Source: Octopus sinensis
Taxonomy: Eukaryota
Length of the DNA: 42,909 bases
Direction of reading: 5' to 3'
NCBI RefSeq assembly: GCF_006345805.1
Contig: NW_021836867.1
Location: 1-42,909 of the forward strand
Below are positions 32,723 to 42,909 of this stretch, piece after piece. The notes under the pieces are model-generated. The model had not been told where the DNA came from, ran no database searches, and saw only the letters and a program-made list of their open reading frames with translations. The first letter of the stretch is position 1. Each line of letters opens with the position of its first letter. Made by a program: the position numbers and the translations under genes.

Positions 32723-33069
32723 ACAGAAGATCGCGTAAATTTTGGCAACAAGCGAGCAAGCAAACTGAAACACGTAGATTTAATACATCGCCTGTATAGT
32801 GCAGACGCTGTGACAAGAGAAAGAAACTGTTTCCATTAAGGCTGCAAGAAAAGGCAGCCAAATATTTCTTAAATCACAGACGACTGATAAGTAAATTAAA
32901 TATATGAGCGACTAGTTGAATACCGTATCAACGCTGCCGTTTTCTCCTCTAAACCAATATCTTAGACAAGTTGGTGATATCCCTATCTGTCTCTGTCTGA
33001 CAGTTTGTATGTCTGTCTGTCTGTCTGACACATTCTCTCCTCCTCTCTCCCTCTATCTCCGCGCAGACA

Positions 33070-33968
<899 letters not shown>

Positions 33969-33969
33969 T

Positions 33970-34192
33970 GAGGCGCAATGGCCAAGTGGTTAGGGCAGCG
34001 GACTCGCGGTCGTAGGATCGCGGTTTCGATTCCCAGACCGGGCATTGTGAGTGTTTATTGAGCGAAAAAACCTAAAAGCTCCACGAGGCTCCGGTAGGGG
34101 GTGGTGATCCCTGCTGTACTCTTTCACCACTCTTTCTTCTGTTGGCCTGCTCGCTTAGCCAGCGTCATTCAAAGGCTAAAACAATGGTCGGT

Positions 34193-34200
<8 letters not shown>
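33970..34200 (+). mobile_element. SINE family B, third 3'-tail type
   Basis: Same head, followed by GGCCTGCTCGCTTAGCCAGC...GTCGGTCACGTGA. The tail end also occurs inverted at ~16505-16530. Confidence 0.75.
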
Positions 34201-34228
<28 letters not shown>

Positions 34229-34229
34229 A

Positions 34230-34513
34230 ATTAGAAAAAAACACCTTTTATCAATTCAAAATGAACAATTAAATTACACCATCTAGAAAATTAATTATAA
34301 TAGAAAAATTAAAATAACAATAATATACCGATGATTAAGTAAATTGCAAAATAATAATAAAAACGTATATATTTGGTAGAATAATGACACATGTTTCGTG
34401 GTTATATTTAAGAAATGATTATAGTAAAAAAATTAATAGTAATTAATATGTAATTTTCTAGATAGTGTAATTTAATTGTTCATTTTGAATGATAAAAGGT
34501 GGTTCTTTCTAAT
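34230..34513. mobile_element. TA-embedded element with ~64-bp terminal inverted repeats
   Basis: 34230-34293 against the rc of 34451-34513 shows 3 mismatches and 1 indel. Confidence 0.75.
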
Positions 34514-34542
34514 ATATATGTTTATATATATGTATATATATA

Positions 34543-34575
<33 letters not shown>

Positions 34576-34774
34576 CTGCTTTCTTCCCAGGAATCTAATG
34601 CTCTTAGCTTAGTTTTTCCTTGGGGCTGGTCAGATTGGAACAATCTCGAGTATAACCAGCAGAAATTGCAAAGATGATCTGGAACTCGACTAAGGATAGA
34701 AAACTCCGAATGACCCGTCCTGGTTTTCTTTGTATCGTCTGTCTGGATGTTTTGTTGTCCCTTTTTTGTATCAT

Positions 34775-34812
<38 letters not shown>

Positions 34813-34919
34813 TATTTATATTATTACCACACACACACACATACACACATATATAATTATATATGTATATGTGTAAATATATATTTGTAAATATATACAT
34901 TCTTTTATTCTTTTAATCA

Positions 34920-35100
34920 TTTCAATCATCTTACTGCAGCTATGCTTGAGCACTGCCTTTAGTTGTACAATTTGAATCAAGTACTTTGTAGGCCAAGTAA
35001 TTATTTTATCTGTCCATTTTTGCCGAATCTCTATGTTACAGGGCGTAAACACACCAACATCGGTTGCCACGCGATGGTGGGGGCAAACAGAGACACACAA
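34920..35100 (-). mobile_element. SINE family D 3' half
   Basis: GTAAACACACCAACATCGGTTG and TTTTGCCGAA...TATGTTACAGGG motifs are shared with the family D copies. Confidence 0.65.
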
Positions 35101-35125
35101 ATACATACATATCTATCTATCTGTC

Positions 35126-35170
<45 letters not shown>

Positions 35171-35261
35171 CTATCTATCTATATATATATAATATATATA
35201 TATATATAATATATATATATCTATATATAATATATTATATATATATATTATATTAGATTAA

Positions 35262-35450
35262 TTAGAGAAAAACCACTATTATGCAAATCAAACAAAGAAA
35301 GACTTAATCCAATACATAAAAAAATTTATATAAATTAAATAAAATAAAATTTAATTTTAATTTTAATTTTATTTAATTTATATAAAATTTTTTATGTATT
35401 GGATGAAGTCTTTCTTTGTTTGATTTGCATAATAGTGGTTTTGTCTCTAA
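35262..35450. repeat. 189-bp near-perfect palindrome
   Basis: TTAGAGAAAAACCACTATTATGCAAATCAAACAAAGAAAGACTT... against its rc ending at 35450 gives ~85-bp arms with 3 mismatches and an AT-rich centre. Confidence 0.9.
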
Positions 35451-35557
35451 ATAATATTATATAGTATTTTACTATAAAATTGGATTCAGTCCTAAATCTG
35501 ATTTTTCCTTGTAAATTTGGATTTATTCCCTAATATTTATTATTATTATTATATATA

Positions 35558-36860
35558 TACGGTGAGAATTTACAAACAATAAAACAAAAGATGAAGACAG
35601 GTGTGTAAACTACAAACAGATGTATTAGTTTAAAGCTCGTGAATTGAGAAAGTCTTTTACGTTTCGAGCCTACGCTCTTTGACAGAAAGGAACACAGAAA
35701 TAAACAGGGAAAGAAAATAGAAAAGGTTTAGTGGCTAGCGATCCATCATGTTGAATGCGGGACAGAGGGGTCACACAGGAGAGCTAGGAAGAAAGGGAGA
35801 TAATAAGTAGATAATAAAAACGAAGGTGCGCATGCGTGTGTATGTAAGAGCGGGTGTGTGCGTGTGGAAGGGGGCTGGTGATCTTGACGTGTGCGTGTGT
35901 GCATGTGTAGGTGCGTCCATGATTGTGTAGGTGCTGGGAAGTGGTCAGTATTAGTGTGTGCGGAGTGGTGTGATGTGGTGTGGTATGGTGGTGTATGTGG
36001 TGGTGTGGTGATGGTGTGGTCTTGTGTGGGGTGGTGGTGATGGCGTGGGGGAAATGAGAATGGGGAAGCAAGGGTGGGGTCTAAAGGATGGGGTGCGGGT
36101 GGGATGTGATGTATAGGAATAGTGGGTTTGGAATGTGTAGGGGTGGTGTAACGAGGGAGGGGGTGACGTTGAAGGAAGAGAGTGGAAGGGAGGTGGGGAA
36201 AAGAGTTGAGCCCATGTGGCGGAAAGGAGCGAAGAGAGAAGATTAATCCCTGCTCACGGCGAAGATGGGAGTCTGGATGGCCCCTGTGCAAGGACAATCC
36301 GAACACAGACAGGTGTTGTAAAGAATGACCGGTAGAGGGGAAATGGCGTGAGATCGGGGTGTCGTTGCTGAGTCTGATGTCTCGGAGGTGTTCCACGAAC
36401 CTGTCAGCCAACGGCGTGCCGTTTGACCGATATATAAAGAAGGGCAGAAAGAGCAGGAGATGCTGTAGATGACGTTGCTAGAAGTGCAAGTGAAGGGGTC
36501 AGTGATATGATAGGGTCGATGATGAGTGCCTGTGATGAGGGTGGTGTTGGAGATGTAAAGGCAAGTACGGCAGTGTAGGCGGGAGCAGGGGAACGAGCCG
36601 GGTTGGGAGGATGGGTTAGGGAAGTAGCTGTGGACCAAGAGGTCTCGTAGGTTGTGGGCTCGTTTGAAGGAGGGGAGGGGTCGGTTAGGGAAGATGTGCG
36701 AAGTGGAGGGGTCGGACAGGAGTCGCGGGAAAGCTCGGAGAGTGGTGCGTTGGAGAGGTAGGGTGGTGGGGCGGTAGATGAGGGGAAACGAGAGACGGGT
36801 GGCGGCGGGGCAGGTGCGGGGAGAGAGAGAGCAAATGCACGGTCCGTGGTAGTACTCTGG
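35558..36860 (-). mobile_element. 5'-truncated Penelope-like retroelement (C-terminal RT-adjacent region, Cys-rich linker, GIY-YIG endonuclease, 3' low-complexity region, terminal hammerhead-like motif)
   Basis: FPLIYRPTT...IFPNRPLPSFKRAHNLRDLLVHS...CSRLHCRTC...NVIYSISCSFCPSLYIGQT (VIY at 36465-36473, YIG at 36426-36434) is followed by a 1-nt frameshift at ~36412 into LADRFVEH...PISRHF...GHS...REQGLIFSLRSFPPHGLN. This is the typical PLE GIY-YIG signature. Confidence 0.9.
35652..35690 (-). ncRNA. Variant-core hammerhead-like motif at the PLE 3' terminus
   Basis: The minus strand reads CTTT-CTGTCAAA-GAGC-GTAG-GCTC-GAAA-C-GTA-AAAG. It is homologous to 17799-17840 and the core is degenerate. Confidence 0.35.
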
Positions 36861-37639
36861 CAAGGGTGGTGTGAATAGTGGTGAGGTGGTATATACGTGC
36901 ATATATATGTGTATGCACAAATTAAAGCACATACATTTACATGGATAAACGTATATTTATAGATGTATGTAAATCTATATACAATACATGTGTTATGTGT
37001 AAGCGAGTGTGTGTGTCTGTGTGTATGTGTTTGTGAGTTTGTGTATGTGTGTGTACAGATAAAGATCGAGATACAGTATTCATAAAACAAATATGATATG
37101 AAAATCCCCCAAACTGAATAACGGCAAGTAAATTAAGGCCCCAGTAACAATGAGCAGAGAAGAAAAACTACGATAACAAGCCCTACTCTCCACCTTTCCT
37201 TGAAAGAAAACATTCGTTAGCACTGTAGCCATCTCTCATCAAGCATGGTCATATGTATTTTAACACTCAGTAAAGAAAATAACACTTAAATCACACACAC
37301 ACACACACACACACACTCCCTACCCGCTACTTAAACAGCTGTTATATGAATAATGAACGGTAAAGACGACAAACTATACGTAATGAATGATAAAACAAAA
37401 CAGACAACAAGGAAAGAGAGGGCAGAACAGAATAAAGGAATATGAGAATAACGGAATAGATGATATAGCGGGAGGTATTGAACTTGAATGAAACCAGCGA
37501 GTGAACATTCTTAAATAAAGTACAAATATTTGTACTTTCCGTAAGGAAGTAAGCTTGTACTCGTTGTCATTAAGCTGGTTGTGTCTTTGAGTAAGGTGAT
37601 TAAACTAATCTTTGCTTATTAATTAAAAAAAATTTAATC

Positions 37640-38170
37640 TATTTTATCTTTTACTCGTTTCAGTCCATTGGACGGGGGCCATGCTGGGGCACCCCCTTGA
37701 AGAATTTTTAATCGAATGAAGTGAGCCGTGTGCTTGTTTTTTTTTATTCTTTGAGACTGATACCTATTTTATCGTTCCCTTTTCCCGAACCACTAAGTTA
37801 TGTGGATGTAAACACACCAATACAAGCCGTGGAGGGGGACAAACATACGCACAAAGACAAAACACACACACAAATGTAAGTATATACGACGGGCTTCTTT
37901 CAGTTTCCGCCTACCAAATCCTCTCACAAGGCTACATAAAATTCTATATAAATATCAGAAAAATAAGGATCTAATTACTACTAATTACTACTAATTACAA
38001 TCTTTTACTTTTTACTTGTTTCAGTCGTTGTACCGCGGCCATGTTGGAGCACTGCCTTGAAGGGTCCAGTCAAACAAATCGACCCCAATACTTATTTTTT
38101 AAGCTTAGCACTTATTCTATTGGTGTCTTTTGCCGAAATGCTAAGTTACCGTTACTTAAGTAAACCGACA
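37640..38170 (-). mobile_element. Two partial SINE family D copies (37640-37935, 38013-38170)
   Basis: Both carry the TTTCAGTC...GCCATG.TGG.GCAC tail, TTTT.CCGAA..CTAAGTTA, and ATACGACGGGCTTCTTTCAGTTTCCG motifs. Confidence 0.7.
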
Positions 38171-38521
38171 TCAGTAATGAAGTAGAAGTGGTAGACAAAC
38201 ATAATACGAATACAAACACACACACACACACACACACACAATATTTCCAGTTTTATTAATAAGACGAGCTGTGGAAAGACGTCTCTGAAGGGGCAAATAC
38301 GTCTGTTATTGTCCTGGAATCTCTTGCAGAGTTTGTAAACCTCAGCGCATGTCTCCACAACGGCAGCAGCCACGGCGTACCGAACTATGCAGAGAAAGGA
38401 TGGAGACACCCAATGAGTGCCTGAACGCTAAATAATTTACCTTCCCACAATTCTGTCAGATGAGAATAAGTGCAAGACTCATCACCACGACCCACCACCA
38501 CCACCACCACTACTACTACTA

Positions 38522-38609
<88 letters not shown>

Positions 38610-38641
38610 TCTGAAATTTGGGGGAGGGGCGTAGTCGATTA

Positions 38642-39418
38642 CTTCCCGCTTCAGCCTCACTTTCCTTTTCAGATTTCACCTGAAAAATCAATGAGGCCTT
38701 GGCCAAAGAGGAAGGCATTAGTCTTCAATCCTTTCAATCGCATCCACCACACATCGTCTTTTCCCATTGCCACCAGGCAGAGAAAAACTGCCCTCCTTTT
38801 CCGGCCAAAGGAAGGAGGCGCGGCAATCTTCACAATGGACTCGGACGATAGCTAGACCCGTCATACACGTGACAATAACTGTTCGACAAAGCCCCTCAAG
38901 TCAGCAATGCGTGGACACTGTACGAGAGCATGCAGAACGGTTTCATCGCTCCGCGTGCATATCAAACAAGTCCGACTGACTGCGTACCAGCGCCTGTAGA
39001 GCTTATCTCGAACCAGCTGCGTCCCCCGGTAGCACTGCCAGACCAGCGCTTTCTAGAAGTTATCCATAGTTCCCAGCCCAAAAGTCCTCCGGAAGAGACC
39101 AGCCAGTTGATCCCCACTCGATACCCAGGACCTCTCCGAGTATGTCGTCGCTCTTGCTCTCCACTAATTCCCTATAAAACTCCAAGGTACAACTTCCGCC
39201 AATCGCATTGCCCAACAATCCGAGGGCTGTCAGCGCTTGAAGACACTCTAAGTGCCAAGTGCTCTGTCTCGGTTTACGCCAGATCCAGGACTGTAGCTCC
39301 AGTAAAGAGACAATCTGCAGAAAAGCGCGTTCAACAATCGACGACCACACACCTGCTCACCGTTAAGGTATCGCTGGAAATGTCGCGTCTGATTACGAAG
39401 GCAGAAGAGCAGCCATTT
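38642..39418 (-). mobile_element. Degenerate Tx1/L1-type LINE ORF2 C-terminal fragment with zf-RVT CCHC motif
   Basis: The frame from 39100 reads GLFRRTFGLGTMDNF*KALVWQCYRGTQLVRDKLYRRWYAVSRTCLICTRSDETVLHALVQCP (CxxC-x8-H-x4-C at 38915-38968). It has in-frame stops and ends near ...NLKRKVRLKREV. Confidence 0.8.
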
Positions 39419-39711
39419 TAATGGATAGGGATTAGTCGATGCCATCGACCCTAGTACCTGATCTGCTACTTTATTTTGATGATCATTGAAGGAATAAAAA
39501 TAAAAATAAATCGATTCCAACGGGAATTTAACACAGAGTCTCAAGGCTCCCACGAGTACCTAATTTATTTTCTCCCACGCCATAACGATTCTGCTAGCTT
39601 GTCCCTGACGATGATACTCCCAAAGACCCACTCAAACGCATACACACTCACACACATGTACACACACACATACACATTTCTACAAACATACACACAATTC
39701 TTATCAATATC

Positions 39712-40333
39712 TATTTCTTTACTACCCACAAGGGGCTAAACAGAGACAAACAAGGACAGACATAGGTATTAAGTCGATTATATCGATCCCAGTGCGTAAC
39801 TGGTACTTAATTTATCGACCCCGAATGGATGAAAGTCAAAGTCGACCTCGACGGAATTTGAACTCAGAACGTACCGGCAGTCGAAATACGAATTTCTTTA
39901 TTGCCCACCGGGGGCCAAACATAGATATGGACAGTACAACTGATGGGATCAGTGAATCGATATGATTTTACATAAATGTGACTTTAAAATAAAATACAAT
40001 ACATAAAAAAATCGAATGGAATACACAGTACAGAAACACACAAATGAAGCGATGATCAAGTTACGCTCCGATCCCACAAGCCCCGATCTACCGCTGATAC
40101 CTTTTATTTTTCCTTTTTTGCCCTCTATTCACACGGTTCCTTGCATGCACAACACTCGTGCAACATGCTTCCAGCTCTTTTGGAACATACACTCCGACAG
40201 ACACCCCTTCTCCAGCCACAGTTTCCTTTTCAAATGAAAAGAAAAGGAAAAAAAAAGATCGTAAATTGTGACCAGAGATGCCGGCTACGCATTTCGCCTG
40301 GCGTGCTAACGTTTCTGCCAGCTCGCCGCCTTG
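39712..40333 (-). mobile_element. SINE A1 with 16-bp TSD, split by an internal LINE 3'-end insertion
   Basis: AATTCTTATCAATATC occurs at 39696-39711 and 40334-40349. The SINE body stops at 39890 and resumes at ~40284. Confidence 0.85.
39892..40250 (-). mobile_element. 3' end of a Tx1/L1-type LINE (last ORF2 codons, 3' UTR, SINE-A-like tail)
   Basis: HLKRKLWLEKGCLSECMFQKSWKHVARVLCMQGTV* (40236-40129) overlaps the end of the 38642 fragment (TGAAAAGGAAA.TG.GGCTG, 22/29 nt). The terminal 34 nt match the SINE A1 tail. Confidence 0.6.
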
Positions 40334-40845
40334 AATTCTTATCAATATCAGCAATCATTTAGCAGCCATAAAATATGCACAAGCGGATCACATTCCCCTC
40401 TCCTCTTCTATTGGTCGTCTGTCACATCTCACATCTGCATAACGTCACGGCTGGCTTAAGTGATCAGCCACCAAGAGACTATGTCGATAGAAACATATCA
40501 TTTCTAACACTTATTCTATAGCCGTGTGCTTCCACTCTACTCAGACATTAATAAATCAATTGATACGGTAATTCCTGAGACTCTCCTGTCATTTATATGG
40601 TCTTTTGTACCGTATATAGTCTTAGTACTCCATTAACATGTCAGCAGGGTTATCCTAAATCTATTGTGAAGTTCTGAGTTCGTTTTATAAAATATCAACA
40701 CGTCCGTATTTTATCTTGATATAGATGCAACGTGCTTGTGTTTTAGATTTGTTAGTTTTCTTGGAAGGTTGTGTCTCGGTTTTTGTTTCTCGAAGCCAAC
40801 GAACGAACGAATCCCCATGTATTTACCCCACCTGCTAAAGATATG

Positions 40846-41006
40846 TCCAAGGGGAACGCAAAGGCCAATACAGTTCCTGCAACTGAATGAACTGGAGAAA
40901 CGCGAAATAAAGTATCTTGCTCAAGAACACAACACACAGCTCCAGCTGGGAATCGAACTCACTACCTTATGATTGTGAGCACGACGCCCTAACCACTGTG
41001 CTACGT
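40846..41006 (-). mobile_element. SINE family C copy
   Basis: AACTGGAGAAACGCGAAATAAAGTATCTTGCTCAAGAACACAACACAC...AATCGAACTCAC...TAACCACTG matches 27195-27310. Confidence 0.75.
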
Positions 41007-41104
41007 ACACACACAAACACACGCACACACATACACACACACGCATACACACACACGCACATACACACACACATTATCCTTTCATTCTTTTGTGTTTTTC
41101 CTTC

Positions 41105-41290
41105 TTTCAGTCAACAGAGTGCGGCCATGCCGGAGCACCACCTCGAAGAATTTTCGTCGAACGAATCGCCGCCGGTACTTTTTATTTCTTAAGACGGGTA
41201 CTTATTTTATCGTTCTGTCTAGTCGAACCGCTAAGTTTCAAGCACTTAAGCCCAACAACACCTGTTGATAAGTGGTGATAAGGGACAAAC
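41105..41290 (-). mobile_element. SINE family D 3' half, diverged
   Basis: TTTCAGTC...GCGGCCATGCCGGAGCACC...GAACCGCTAAGT motifs. Confidence 0.6.
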
Positions 41291-41299
41291 TTAGACAAA

Positions 41300-41346
41300 A
41301 AGTTAACACACACACACGCACTCTCTCTCTCTCTCTCTCTCCTCTC

Positions 41347-41389
<43 letters not shown>

Positions 41390-41698
41390 CTCTATCTATC
41401 TCTTTCTTTCTCTCTCTCTGTCTCTCTATCTACCTATCTCTCTCCCTCTCTATCTATCTCTTTCTCTCTCTCTCTCTATCTATTTATCTCTCTATCTATC
41501 TCTTTCTTTCTCGCTCTCTCTCTCTCACACTCACATAAACCTTTATTATAGACGAGGGGCTTCTTTTAGTTTCCGTCTAACAATATCTCCTTCTACTTAC
41601 CATGCTTTGGTCACCCAATCTATTTATCTAGCTATCTTTGTGTATATGTTTGTATATGCGTACACACACATACATAGGCATATGTATATATAATATAT

Positions 41699-41732
<34 letters not shown>

Positions 41733-42501
41733 TCCATCCATCCATACATACATACATACATACATACATACAACAAAAGAAGGTCGGAGAAAGAAAGTTG
41801 TCTTTGCATACACACATGCAGCACACTAATACACATGCAGATGTACACAATAGGATATTTCTGAGATTTAGGGGGTCATAAAAGGGGGAGATAAACCTGA
41901 ATAAACATTGTTAGACTGGTAAACATTGAAAACAAAGCGGGGAAAATATCTGTGGGGTTAGAAAAGGATTTGAGACTGAATTGAAAGTCAGGAGAAAAAT
42001 TAAAAGGCAGATAGAGCTGGAACACATCGCCAATGTTTACCCAACTCTGAAAGGGCCACTGCATTGTAAACAAGGGGTCATCTATTGTGTGAAGTTCCAT
42101 TGCTTCAGCGTCCGTCACTGTTCGATTATTAAAACAGATGGGCTGGATAGGTTCGCGAGTAGATAGTTGTTCTTGTGTAACCTACAGGTCAGACTGTTGT
42201 TGTTGTTGTTGTTGTTTATGTTGCTGTTATTGTTGTTGTTATTGTTGTAGGTCGGTCGGTGGTAGTAGTGGTGGAAGTGGTGGTGGTTGTAGACGGTAAT
42301 GGGGTTCTGTATATCTGTCAAATTAATTACATGTACACAGATACATACACAAGAATATATATATACATATATATGTGTGTGTGTGTGTGTGTACACGTAC
42401 ATATACTTACATACATACCCATATATATATACACACACACACACACATGTACATATGTATATATATATATGTACATACATATATACATATAGATACATAC
42501 C

Positions 42502-42537
<36 letters not shown>

Positions 42538-42672
42538 ATGTGTGTGTGTGTGTGTGTGTAAATATATAAATGCATATAGATATGTATGTATATTATGTGC
42601 ACACACACATATTTAAAATTGCACATACATGGCAGTGTGCGTACATTTATATACATAGGTATATCTATATCT

Positions 42673-42705
<33 letters not shown>

Positions 42706-42909
42706 GTATATAAATATATATATATGTAATATATATATGTCTATATATGTCTATATATGTATAAATATATATATATATATAGTATATAAATATATATATA
42801 TGTATATGATAGATATGTCTATATATGTCTATATATGTTATATATATATAATATATGTGTATATATATATATGTATTATATATGTATATAAATATATATA
42901 TATATATAT
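41300..42909. repeat. (CT)n, (TATC)n, (TA)n, (CA)n and (TTG)n microsatellite fields
   Basis: Visible simple repeats with short unique spacers. Confidence 0.85.

Overview
AT-rich, microsatellite-saturated animal genomic DNA. The SINE/LINE content looks like an octopod cephalopod, which is an inference from repeat types and not a database result. Nearly all short ORFs in the track are translations of simple repeats. One credible protein-coding gene stands out: an 899-aa single-coding-exon ORF (27779-30478, minus) for an apparently orphan, largely disordered protein. Its modules are an Arg-Gly 9-mer coding minisatellite, a short helix followed by 3-4 tandem LC8/DYNLL-type (T/V)QT motifs, and a 32-unit acidic/hydrophobic pentapeptide tail resembling multiple SUMO-interacting motifs. 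The rest is a retroelement landscape: a Penelope-like GIY-YIG fragment, Tx1/L1-type and RTE-type LINE fragments, at least four tRNA-derived SINE families (nested, with TSDs, and locally tandem-amplified) and MITE-like inverted repeats. Non-obvious signals include two type I hammerhead ribozyme folds with intact catalytic cores (274-321 +, 14653-14690 -) and three variant-core Penelope-type hammerhead motifs. A Tx1/L1-like LINE 3' end shares a 34-nt stem-loop tail with the youngest SINE family and is a candidate partner LINE. A 7-unit ~200-bp SINE-derived array carries a CA/TG palindrome in each unit. No bona fide tRNA, rRNA or CRISPR array is supported.
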